Made by a program: the position numbers and the translations under genes
The notes under the pieces: generated by a model
Seen by the model: the letters and a program-made list of their open reading frames with translations, nothing else
The model's database searches: none
Told to the model about the DNA's origin: nothing
In this document: positions 16,006 to 23,818 of the stretch, piece by piece
How positions within the stretch are numbered: the stretch's first letter is position 1
Layout: every line of letters starts with the position of its first letter
Origin: Bacteroides thetaiotaomicron
GTDB lineage: Bacteria; Bacillota; Clostridia; Lachnospirales; Lachnospiraceae
DNA length: 24,000 nt
Direction of reading: 5' to 3'
Assembly: GCA_034142505.1 (NCBI GenBank)
Contig: JAWZDV010000062.1
Location: 119,112 to 143,111, forward strand

Positions 16006-19000
16006 AAAGTCCCCCGGTCCTCTCTTTCTTCCCATGGTCCCGCCGCTTCCAGGACCGCCCGGTATTTGGAGATATCATGGCAGGCCAGCAGACAGGCATC
16101 CTCTTCCCCCCACCGGATCAGGGAGGCATCCGCGATGGACCAGACATCCAGAATCGGATTGTAAACTTCCAGCGTCTGGTTGGTTAACCTGCGGATCTCT
16201 TTTGCCGGGCACCGTTCACAGGGCGTATCCCGGTGGAAAAATGCCTCGTAACAGCGCATTCCCTTTTTCGCGTCCGGCACGGTGCGCAGTGTCTTCGCAT
16301 TGATGTAAAATAACACAAACGTGTCCGGATGAATCACATAGATCCAGGAATTCTGATTATCCAGAATCATCCGCATATCCCTGGCTGCCGCCACCGTCCG
16401 GTCCTGGGCCCGTTTTTTGAGCAGGAACGTGGCAATCAGTTCCGACATAAACGCCAGGGCGTCAATCTGGTCCTGAGTCCAGGTTCTTGGATAGGTACAG
16501 TCATCAAAGCCTATAAAACCGGCAAATTTCCCTTTGTCGCGCACCGCGCACTGCAGCATGGAGCGGACTCTCTGAGGCGCCAGAACCGCATATTCCTCCC
16601 TGGGAAGCTTCCTGACGTCCTGGCAGTAAAAAATACCATTCTCATTAAAATGTTCCCGGTACTGCCCGCCCAGTTCATCATAATCCACATGCTGCAGCTG
16701 GCCGATGGCAGGCTCCACCCCCTCATTGCACCACTCAAAGGTATTGCGGCACCAGAGACCGTCCCTGGAATCCTCGAAAATATAAACCCGGCTCACATTG
16801 AATTTGCGGCCTGCCATCTTAAGAATCTCGTTGACCGCCGTCTCCACGTCCTTCGACTCATACAGCAGACGAAACGCCATCGGCACCAAATCGTCAATAT
16901 TGAAATTGGCGGTATCATCGGATTCAATTCTGGTTCCCGCCACAATCTGCCCGGCGTCCAGGCCAAAGACCTTCCTCATAGTCGCCTCTTCATAGAACGA
17001 AAAGCAGTCCTTCCCCTTCCGCTTTGCCTCATAAAGCGCCTGGTCACAGTGCTGGAAGAGGGTCTGAAAATCCTCGCCGTCTTCCGGACACCGGGCCACT
17101 CCCATGCTGCAGGCCAGCAAAGAATCCTGAAGTTCCTCCGCGTACACGCCGTGGAACATCTCAATGATCTGCTCCGCCTTTTGCCGCAGAAATGTCTCAT
17201 CTGCGGTATGCTTCAGGAAAATCAGAAATTCGTCGCCGCCAAACCTGGCCACAATATCACCTGCCCGGAACAGGGACCGGAGCCGGTCCGCCGCCTCTGT
17301 AAGCACCGCATCCCCGAACATATGGCCCCGGGAATCATTGACCAGTTTAAAGTTATCCAGGTCGATGAGCAGCATGGCAAACCGGTCCGTTTCCACTTTT
17401 CCCTCCAGCATTTCCAGCACTTTTTCTCTGGCCGCGGACTTGTTGTAAAGCAGGGTCAGCGCATCCCTCTCCGCCTTCGTCGCGAGCGCCTGGTTCTGGC
17501 GTTTCTCCGCATCGATATCCAGAATCACGCCGACCGCCTTCACCGGCCGCCCCTTGCTGTCAAACTGAGTAGTGGCGCGAATCCTGCACCATGCATAGGT
17601 TCCTGCGCCCTTGGCAATCCGTATCTCCGCCTCCCCGTAAGGAAGACCTCCGGCGATGGAATCCCGCAGTTCCAGAAAATGGGGAATATCCTCCGGCAGA
17701 ATATGGGAAGCCGTCTGCGCCAGCTCACTGGCGCTCACCGGCACATAGCCAAACAGCTTCTCCCAGTTGGGAGAGTATGTAATCCGGTCCTGGGGAATAT
17801 CCCACTGGAAAATGATATCGTTGGTCTGGTTTAAGATAATCTGGTAACGCTCCATACTTAAGCGCAGTTCCTCCTGGGCCTGCTTCACCTGGGTGATATC
17901 CGTCAGGACGCAGTTTAAATATTCCCGGCCGTCCCCGCCTGTCACCACACGGCATTTCTCCAGCACCCAGACAATCTGCCCCTGTTTTGTGATCACCCGG
18001 TACTCCAGCTCCAGCACCCCCGAGGCACTGATCTGCTTCAGAAACCGGCGGCGGACCGCCTGCTGGTCCTCAGGATGGATCATTTCGATAAAATGGTTGT
18101 TAAACCGGGTCCTAATCTCCTCCTCCCGGTAGCCGAACAGGGAGCAAAAGCCTGCGTTAACATACGTAATGGTAAACCACTGGTCCCCGAGACACTGCTG
18201 GATTCCGACCGGAAGGTTGGGCATGCTGGGCGCACCCACCGCTTCCACCCGGCCTGACGGTGACAAAGCGGCCGGTTCCGCTACCTTCCAGATCAAAAGC
18301 AGTCTGTGGCTCTTGGGATTATCGACATTTACCCGCAGGGCCGTGGCCTCATAGCGGATATACTCCCCCACAGCCCGGTGCAGCACCCGGTAGGTCTGGA
18401 CGCGCTTCATCAGCCCCCGGCTGAAAAAGTCATCGATATAGCTGCCCAAAATCTCCAGCACAACCCCACGGTCATCGGGATGCACGCAGTGGTCCACGAA
18501 ATTCCGGAACGCCTCCTCAAAGATCTCGCTGGAGCGCAGCTCTTCAAAGTCCTCATTCTTCTGGTACACCAGATGATAGGTTCCTAAATTCAAATCCACC
18601 TCCAGCACCGTGGAGTCAATATACCGAAGCAGAGTAAAATACTTGTTATGCCCCAGCTCCGGTTCCGCCTGCCGGTTTCTCTCGATCCGGGAATCCGGCC
18701 GGGACGCCAGGCCGGAGGCTTTTTTTAACGGCTGGCTGTCGGCATACCCCAGCGCCAGAGCCGCAAACTGCTCCCCCACATTCTTAAAACATTCCAGCAG
18801 CTTGGGGGAAAACTGTCCGCAGTCGCCGTTCAGCACCATGGTCGCGGCCTGCTGGGTTGGAATCGCCTTCCGGTAAACCCGGTCCGTGGTCAGGGCGTCG
18901 TAACAGTCGGCGATGCCAACCACCTGGGCATAGATGGGAATGTTGTCCCCCGCCAGTCCGTCCGGATATCCCCTGCCATCCCACCGCTCATGATGATAGC

Positions 19001-19790
19001 GGCAGATGTTGTACGCGTAAGTCAGATATTCCTGGTCTCCCATCCGGTCCAGCCCTTCTAATATCTCACAGCCCTTGACCGTATGGGTCTTCATGATATC
19101 AAACTCTTCCCGGGTCAGGCGGCCCGGCTTGTTGAGAATCGTATCCGGGATGGATATCTTTCCCACGTCATGAAGAGCGGCCGCCTCCGCAATAACGCCG
19201 ATGGCCCGCTCACTTAAATTATATTCCGGACAGCTCCGGAAAACCTCCTCCAGCAGCACCTTGGTAAACATGCGGATGCGCAGAACGTGCTGTCCCGTCT
19301 CCGCGCTACGGTGCTCGATCACCGAGGAGAGAGTGTCCATAATCACGTCCCTGGACTCCCGCAGCTTGGCCGCCTGCTCTTCCACCATCTCCTCCAAATG
19401 CAGCTTGTGCTGGTTCAGCTCCACCGCATTCTGCACCCGCCGTCTCACCACGTGGGGCTCAAAGGGCTTGAGGATAATATCCGAGACCCCCAAATCGAAG
19501 GCCCGGACCTCATTCTCGATGGATTCGTCCGAAGTAATGACGATCACCGGAATCCGGTTTATGAGTCCGCTCTGATTCATATCCACCATAACCTCGTAGC
19601 CGTCCTTGACCGGCATCACAAGATCCAAAAGCACGGCGGCCAGTGAATCCCGGTACTGCCGGATCAGCAGAATCGCCTGCTCCCCATTCTCTGCTTCCAA
19701 AAAATTATAAACCTGCTCAAACTGGGCGCGCAGTATCGCCCGGTTTATCTCCTCGTCATCCACGATCAATATCGTATCCTGCTTCATCAT
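16002..19790 (-). CDS. Multidomain c-di-GMP signalling protein: REC, HD-GYP, PAS-like x3, GGDEF, GAF, C-terminal Cys-rich PAS-like domain
   Basis: 1262 aa. REC: ILIVDDEE...LLDLVMPVKDG...ITS...ILKP. HD-GYP: LHDVGK, HHERWDGRGYP (18963..18995), GIADCYDALTTDRVYR. GGDEF: LLIDLDNFKLVNDSRGH, and RFGGDEFLIF (GGDEF codons 17226..17240) with RAGD exactly 5 residues upstream (I-site RxxD, 17256..17267). GAF-like: VSRVYIFED...FIGFDD. The C-terminus carries C-x10-C-x2-C ... C-x3-C-H. No TM segments are present. Confidence 0.92.
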   Translation of the reverse strand: MMKQDTILIVDDEEINRAILRAQFEQVYNFLEAENGEQAILLIRQYRDSLAAVLLDLVMPVKDGYEVMVDMNQSGLINRIPVIVITSDESIENEVRAFDLGVSDIILKPFEPHVVRRRVQNAVELNQHKLHLEEMVEEQAAKLRESRDVIMDTLSSVIEHRSAETGQHVLRIRMFTKVLLEEVFRSCPEYNLSERAIGVIAEAAALHDVGKISIPDTILNKPGRLTREEFDIMKTHTVKGCEILEGLDRMGDQEYLTYAYNICRYHHERWDGRGYPDGLAGDNIPIYAQVVGIADCYDALTTDRVYRKAIPTQQAATMVLNGDCGQFSPKLLECFKNVGEQFAALALGYADSQPLKKASGLASRPDSRIERNRQAEPELGHNKYFTLLRYIDSTVLEVDLNLGTYHLVYQKNEDFEELRSSEIFEEAFRNFVDHCVHPDDRGVVLEILGSYIDDFFSRGLMKRVQTYRVLHRAVGEYIRYEATALRVNVDNPKSHRLLLIWKVAEPAALSPSGRVEAVGAPSMPNLPVGIQQCLGDQWFTITYVNAGFCSLFGYREEEIRTRFNNHFIEMIHPEDQQAVRRRFLKQISASGVLELEYRVITKQGQIVWVLEKCRVVTGGDGREYLNCVLTDITQVKQAQEELRLSMERYQIILNQTNDIIFQWDIPQDRITYSPNWEKLFGYVPVSASELAQTASHILPEDIPHFLELRDSIAGGLPYGEAEIRIAKGAGTYAWCRIRATTQFDSKGRPVKAVGVILDIDAEKRQNQALATKAERDALTLLYNKSAAREKVLEMLEGKVETDRFAMLLIDLDNFKLVNDSRGHMFGDAVLTEAADRLRSLFRAGDIVARFGGDEFLIFLKHTADETFLRQKAEQIIEMFHGVYAEELQDSLLACSMGVARCPEDGEDFQTLFQHCDQALYEAKRKGKDCFSFYEEATMRKVFGLDAGQIVAGTRIESDDTANFNIDDLVPMAFRLLYESKDVETAVNEILKMAGRKFNVSRVYIFEDSRDGLWCRNTFEWCNEGVEPAIGQLQHVDYDELGGQYREHFNENGIFYCQDVRKLPREEYAVLAPQRVRSMLQCAVRDKGKFAGFIGFDDCTYPRTWTQDQIDALAFMSELIATFLLKKRAQDRTVAAARDMRMILDNQNSWIYVIHPDTFVLFYINAKTLRTVPDAKKGMRCYEAFFHRDTPCERCPAKEIRRLTNQTLEVYNPILDVWSIADASLIRWGEEDACLLACHDISKYRAVLEAAGPWEEREDRGTL

Positions 19791-19851
19791 TTTCCCATCC
19801 TTTTACGCCTGTGCCAAGCCATGCAGACCAACCATACTCACTTACCAATAA

Positions 19852-19880
19852 AGTATAGCAAACTCTCTTTTAAATGGCAA
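19852..19880 (-). promoter_or_regulatory. Putative sigma-A promoter of the signalling operon
   Basis: On the minus strand: TTGCCA (19880..19875), a 17-nt spacer, then TATACT (19857..19852), about 60 nt upstream of the ATG at 19790. Confidence 0.55.
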
Positions 19881-19884
19881 CTGT

Positions 19885-19913
19885 TTGATAGATAAAGACA
19901 GATATGTTATACT
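19885..19913 (+). promoter_or_regulatory. Putative sigma-A promoter of the tandem-GntR gene
   Basis: TTGATA (19885..19890), a 17-nt spacer, then TATACT (19908..19913). Its -35 box is only 4 bp from the -35 box of the divergent promoter. Confidence 0.55.
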
Positions 19914-19944
19914 TATTTCATCACGGAAAACAGGAGGATCAGCT

Positions 19945-21390
19945 TTGCAACAGGAGATGGAACTGCAGCAGATCATTTACAACCTTTTGAAGATACAGAT
20001 TACGTTCGGTGGATACCGTTTTGAGGATTCGCTGCCTACGATCAGGGAGGCCAGCAGTTATTTTAATGTCTCCATCGATACGGTCCGGCTTGCCTATGTC
20101 CGGCTGAAACAGGAGGGCTATATCTCTCTCAGCACCTGTGTGGGCGCCAGTGTGAGCGTCAATTACAGCGACGAAGAAATTCAGCAGCATATCCGGACCT
20201 ACTTTGCCTGCCGGAGGGAACCTCTGCTTTCATTTGCCAGAGCGGTGGGCGTGCTGGTCAATTACGCCCAGTGGTTCGCCTTCCGAAGCTCCACCCCGGA
20301 GTCACTGGAGGAGATGGAGCGCATCTGCCAGAACCAGGAGATCCCTCCGATCTTTCGAATGTCCCGACAGATTCAGCTGCTTTACGCCCACCTGGGCAAT
20401 GATATCCTTTTAAATCTCATGTGGCAGTTATTCTTGTTTTTCCAGGTGCCCTTTATCAGCGTGCCTCAAAATTCCGGCATGTATCACAGCGGGGATACTC
20501 CTCTTCTCAGTATGATCGCCCACATCCGAAAGGAAGACTGGCTCGGACTGTGGGAAGCGGGCGAAGCTTATTTAGAGAAATACGCGGCGGCTCTGGACCG
20601 TTTTTTTGAAGACAATCCGGAGATTTCCGACCAGGGGGAACCCATTGAGTTTACCTGGAATACCTACAAAAAGGTCTCCCAGTACCGCTACTCCCTGTGC
20701 ACGGAGATTATGACCAAAATCCGTAATAGAATCTATTCCCCCGGAAGCTACCTGCCATCTCCCCGGCTTCTGGCCCGGGACTATCAGGTATCTGTCAATA
20801 CCATCCGCCGTACCCTGACCCTGCTCAACAAGCTGGGGGCGACCAGGACTGTCAACGGCGTGGGCACACTCGTCCTGCATTCCTGGGAAAATGCGCAGTA
20901 TTGCGACTATTCAGACCCTGTCATCCGCGCGCGGCTGTTAGATTTTTTACAGAGTTTTCATATTCTGGCCCTGTCCTGCCGTTCCTGCGCCCGGGCCTCC
21001 CTTAGCTCCATGGATGAGGAAACCATGAGACAGTGGGCAGATCGGTTTGACGCGGTGAAGCAGACGGAGATCTGTGAGCAGATCCTCTATCTCTGCTATG
21101 AGATTATCACCGTCCACACTCCCTGGCAGTTAATCCGGACCATCTACACGGAACTGATGCAGCAGCTCTTCTGGGGCCTTCCCCTGCGTGATCTCCATGG
21201 GGATTCCTCTGCCACCAAAGCTTATTTTCTTCCTTACATAGAAATACTGGCGGACTGCTTAAGACGGGGTGACGGAAGGGATTTTTCCGAGAATCTGGAG
21301 AAACTGCAGATTAACGAGACTTTTTATATTGCCCAATATCTAAAAAACATTGGGATTGAGGAGGCGGCAGCCATCGTGATTCCGGAATAA
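19945..21390 (+). CDS. Atypical transcriptional regulator with two GntR-type winged-HTH domains (tandem duplication)
   Basis: First wHTH: LPTIREASSYFNVSIDTVRLAYVRLKQEGYISLSTCVGASV. Second wHTH near residue 290: LPSPRLLARDYQVSVNTIRRTLTLLNKLGATRTVNGVGTLV. Each is followed by a ~170-aa helical region. I place the start at TTG 19945 (AGGAGG at 19932..19937, 7-nt spacer). ATG 19957 is the alternative. The ORF-track TTG at 19885 coincides with the promoter -35 box. Confidence 0.8.
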   Translation: MQQEMELQQIIYNLLKIQITFGGYRFEDSLPTIREASSYFNVSIDTVRLAYVRLKQEGYISLSTCVGASVSVNYSDEEIQQHIRTYFACRREPLLSFARAVGVLVNYAQWFAFRSSTPESLEEMERICQNQEIPPIFRMSRQIQLLYAHLGNDILLNLMWQLFLFFQVPFISVPQNSGMYHSGDTPLLSMIAHIRKEDWLGLWEAGEAYLEKYAAALDRFFEDNPEISDQGEPIEFTWNTYKKVSQYRYSLCTEIMTKIRNRIYSPGSYLPSPRLLARDYQVSVNTIRRTLTLLNKLGATRTVNGVGTLVLHSWENAQYCDYSDPVIRARLLDFLQSFHILALSCRSCARASLSSMDEETMRQWADRFDAVKQTEICEQILYLCYEIITVHTPWQLIRTIYTELMQQLFWGLPLRDLHGDSSATKAYFLPYIEILADCLRRGDGRDFSENLEKLQINETFYIAQYLKNIGIEEAAAIVIPE

Positions 21391-21425
21391 AAACCATACC
21401 GGAACAAGAATGATCCCGGAATACA

Positions 21426-21471
21426 ACATGCCGAAGGCGGCCAAGCAATGGCTGACTTCGGCATGTTTTTT
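21426..21471 (+). terminator. Rho-independent terminator, possibly bidirectional between convergent genes
   Basis: 11-bp perfect stem ACATGCCGAAG (21426..21436) / CTTCGGCATGT (21456..21466) followed by TTTTTT, 36 nt after the tandem-GntR stop. It abuts the stop of the convergent GntR/FCD gene at 21470. Confidence 0.7.
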
Positions 21472-22147
21472 ATTCTTTAAAATACTCCGGATACATCCGG
21501 CGGATGGCTTCCTCATCGATCTTATACCGCTCCAGATGCTTCTCCATCTCCCGTCTGGCAAGGGCGCCGTCATGGGCCACTACCGCTTCGAGAATTGCGC
21601 GGTGGTCATCCACCAGTTTTAAATCGCTGACCGCATTTAAAGACATGTTGCGCACCCGGTCGAAATGGACCGTGATGCTCTTCATCAATTCGTAAGCCTG
21701 AAGCTTTCCGGCGATCCGAAAGAGCATGTAGTGAAATTCATTGTCCAGCTCCAGAAGCTTTTCCAGCTTCTTGTCTTCCCGGTAGAATTCCTGAAGCTTC
21801 ACATTGTGTTCCAGTTCCAGAATCCCTTCCGGCGCCGCCATGGTGCAGACCAGCTCCACCACCGCGGTCTCCAGCACGCCGCGGACAAACCGGGCCTCGT
21901 CAATCAGATCGTAGTCGATGTAAGCCACCACGCTGCCGCTCTGGGGATAGACCTCCACAATCTTCGACTTCGCCAACTCCAGCAGGGCTTCCCGGACCGG
22001 GGTCCGGGATAAATGAAGCTGGTCCGCCACCTCCCTGGCGTTGATGCTGCTGCCGGGAGCCAGCTCCAGGCGGATGATGTTGTCCTTTAAGATCCGTATG
22101 GCATAGTCCCGTCCATTTTCCCTGGGATACTGTTCCGTGATATACAT
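21470..22147 (-). CDS. GntR-family transcriptional regulator, FadR subfamily (wHTH + FCD domain)
   Basis: 225 aa. wHTH: INAREVADQLHLSRTPVREALLELAKSKIVEVYPQSGSVV. The all-helical C-domain has the FCD pattern (NEFHYMLFRIAG..., DDHRAILEAVVAHDGALARREMEKHL). An AGGAGGAAACCC RBS is present. It is the last gene of the uxu operon. Confidence 0.9.
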   Translation of the reverse strand: MYITEQYPRENGRDYAIRILKDNIIRLELAPGSSINAREVADQLHLSRTPVREALLELAKSKIVEVYPQSGSVVAYIDYDLIDEARFVRGVLETAVVELVCTMAAPEGILELEHNVKLQEFYREDKKLEKLLELDNEFHYMLFRIAGKLQAYELMKSITVHFDRVRNMSLNAVSDLKLVDDHRAILEAVVAHDGALARREMEKHLERYKIDEEAIRRMYPEYFKE

Positions 22148-22189
22148 AGGGTTTCCTCCTTCGCTGTCATTTGGCTGCCAGGTTCCGGC

Positions 22190-23800
22190 CTACAAGTATT
22201 TCTTAAGCGTCCCGCGGACCGCCCCCGGACCGGCTAACATCTGACAGAACATATCCTCCACTTTCTCTCCCAGACCGGCTTCATATAAGTCAAGGCCAAA
22301 CAGCGCCGGATTGGAGAGTATCCCTTCCAATTTCCCGCGTCCGCTCTCCGGTTCCCCGAAGACCACACCGGAGAGAGCTTCCTGTAACATGGGAAGCATC
22401 GGGTCCGGGCTGACAGCCATCGCCTTCCCCCCATCATCCACCGCTAGCAGATAGCGCAGCCAGCCGGCCAGCGTTAACGGAATATAAGTAAGGCCGGAGG
22501 CATCCAGCGTCCCGCTTGCCAGATAGGATTTGATGGTCTCTCCAAACCGGACCGGAATCTTCTGGCTGGTGTCTGTGGCAATTCTCTGAGGCATATCCGG
22601 AATAAACGGATTGGGAAGTCTCTGGTCAATCACCTCGTGGATAAAATCCATAGGGCTTAAGATTCCCGGGTCCGTCACCACCGGCATTCCCTCATCGTAT
22701 CCGATATGCTCCACAAGAGCCTTCAAATCCGCATCCTTCATCTCAGCCGCGATACTCTCATATCCCAGCATACAGCCGTACACTGCCAGGGCCGTGTGAA
22801 GCGGGTTTAAACAGGTCGTCACCTTCATGCGCTCCGTCATGTTCACCGTCTCCCTGGTGGTCATGTAGACGCCTGCCTCCTCCAGTCTCGGACGGCCATT
22901 GGGGAAACGGTCCTCCACGACCAGATACTGGGGGATCTCCGCGTTGACAAAGGGGGCAATATAAGTTTTCCTGCCGGTGATCACCGGAGCCATATCCTCG
23001 ATGCCAAGCTCCTCCAGCTGCTTTTCAATCACCTCCGCCGGTCTTGGCGTAATCTTGTCGATCATGCTCCATGGGAAAGAGACCTTCGCCTCATCCTCCA
23101 GATACGCCACAAACTCCGCCGGGACAAATCTACGGTCGCACCAGGCTTTCGCAATGGTCAGCACACCGTGTCTTAACTTCTCCCCGTTGTGACTGCAGTT
23201 GTCCATGCTGACCAGGGCCACCGGGGCCGCTCCCGCCTGGAAACGAGCCAGCATCAGGGCCGCCGTCACGCTCATGGCATGGCGGGCCTTCGCCGGTCCG
23301 TCAGCCATATCCGCCTGCACCACCCCCAGAAAATCACCCTGCATATCTTCCAGCGCATAGCCCTTTTCCGTAATCGTAAAGCTGGCCATCTGCAGAGCCG
23401 GGTTCTCAAACACGGCTTTCAGGGTCTTCCAGGAAGCCTCGTCACTGCTGTCCGCCTTCACACCCTTCGCGATGGAAGCAATCACTTCTTTCCTGGTGCC
23501 GCCATCAGGCTTTAAGCTGACCATCATAGTCATGCTGTCATAAGGCTCATAAATCTGATCAATGATATCATAATCAAAGGTTTCCGCCGCAACAATCCCG
23601 CTCTCTGCCAGACCTTTGTTCAACAGCTCCTGCGCAAGTCCCGCGATAAACCCGCGGAAAATGTTGCCCGCTCCGAAATGCACCCAGACCGGCGCTTGCT
23701 CCGTCGCTTCGCACATGGCCTTCCAGTCAAATTCCGGCAATGCCACACCTGCCTTTTCCCAGCCCTCTTTGTCGGCCAGGCCTTCATAATTTAATTTCAT
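22190..23800 (-). CDS. uxuB: Mannitol-dehydrogenase-family oxidoreductase, probable fructuronate reductase (D-mannonate oxidoreductase)
   Basis: 536 aa. The N-terminal Rossmann motif VHFGAGNIFRGF, the central SMDNCSHNGEKL and the DKITPR block are long-chain mannitol-DH family signatures. It starts 18 nt downstream of uxuA, which supports a role in mannonate metabolism. Confidence 0.8.
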   Translation of the reverse strand: MKLNYEGLADKEGWEKAGVALPEFDWKAMCEATEQAPVWVHFGAGNIFRGFIAGLAQELLNKGLAESGIVAAETFDYDIIDQIYEPYDSMTMMVSLKPDGGTRKEVIASIAKGVKADSSDEASWKTLKAVFENPALQMASFTITEKGYALEDMQGDFLGVVQADMADGPAKARHAMSVTAALMLARFQAGAAPVALVSMDNCSHNGEKLRHGVLTIAKAWCDRRFVPAEFVAYLEDEAKVSFPWSMIDKITPRPAEVIEKQLEELGIEDMAPVITGRKTYIAPFVNAEIPQYLVVEDRFPNGRPRLEEAGVYMTTRETVNMTERMKVTTCLNPLHTALAVYGCMLGYESIAAEMKDADLKALVEHIGYDEGMPVVTDPGILSPMDFIHEVIDQRLPNPFIPDMPQRIATDTSQKIPVRFGETIKSYLASGTLDASGLTYIPLTLAGWLRYLLAVDDGGKAMAVSPDPMLPMLQEALSGVVFGEPESGRGKLEGILSNPALFGLDLYEAGLGEKVEDMFCQMLAGPGAVRGTLKKYL

Positions 23801-23818
23801 GCTTCTTTCCTCCAGCCT

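Noticed and set aside
16080-16094. CLLACH as a variant c-type haem-binding motif (CxxxCH)
   Set aside because: The protein has no signal peptide or TM segment, so it is cytoplasmic and cannot reach the c-type haem maturation machinery. I treat the residues only as part of a possible metal or redox Cys cluster.
16329-17834. 501-aa plus-strand ORF, plus many other 60-290-aa ORFs such as 1546..2418, 4904..5566, 8863..9306 and 15616..16164
   Set aside because: All lie antisense to or out of frame within genes with unambiguous domain motifs. Their translations are Arg/Pro/His/Gln-rich with no recognisable motifs. Long antisense frames are expected at this GC content.
19885-19944. ORF-track TTG start at 19885 for the tandem-GntR gene; likewise the upstream-extended starts at 6772 (SBP), 2100 (PTE-like) and 16035 (kinase)
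   Set aside because: 19885..19890 is the -35 hexamer of a well-spaced promoter, and an AGGAGG RBS precedes the TTG at 19945. In the other three cases a downstream ATG has a properly spaced RBS and gives a canonical N-terminus (signal peptide, family N-terminus or ATGA coupling). These are judgement calls, not proven.
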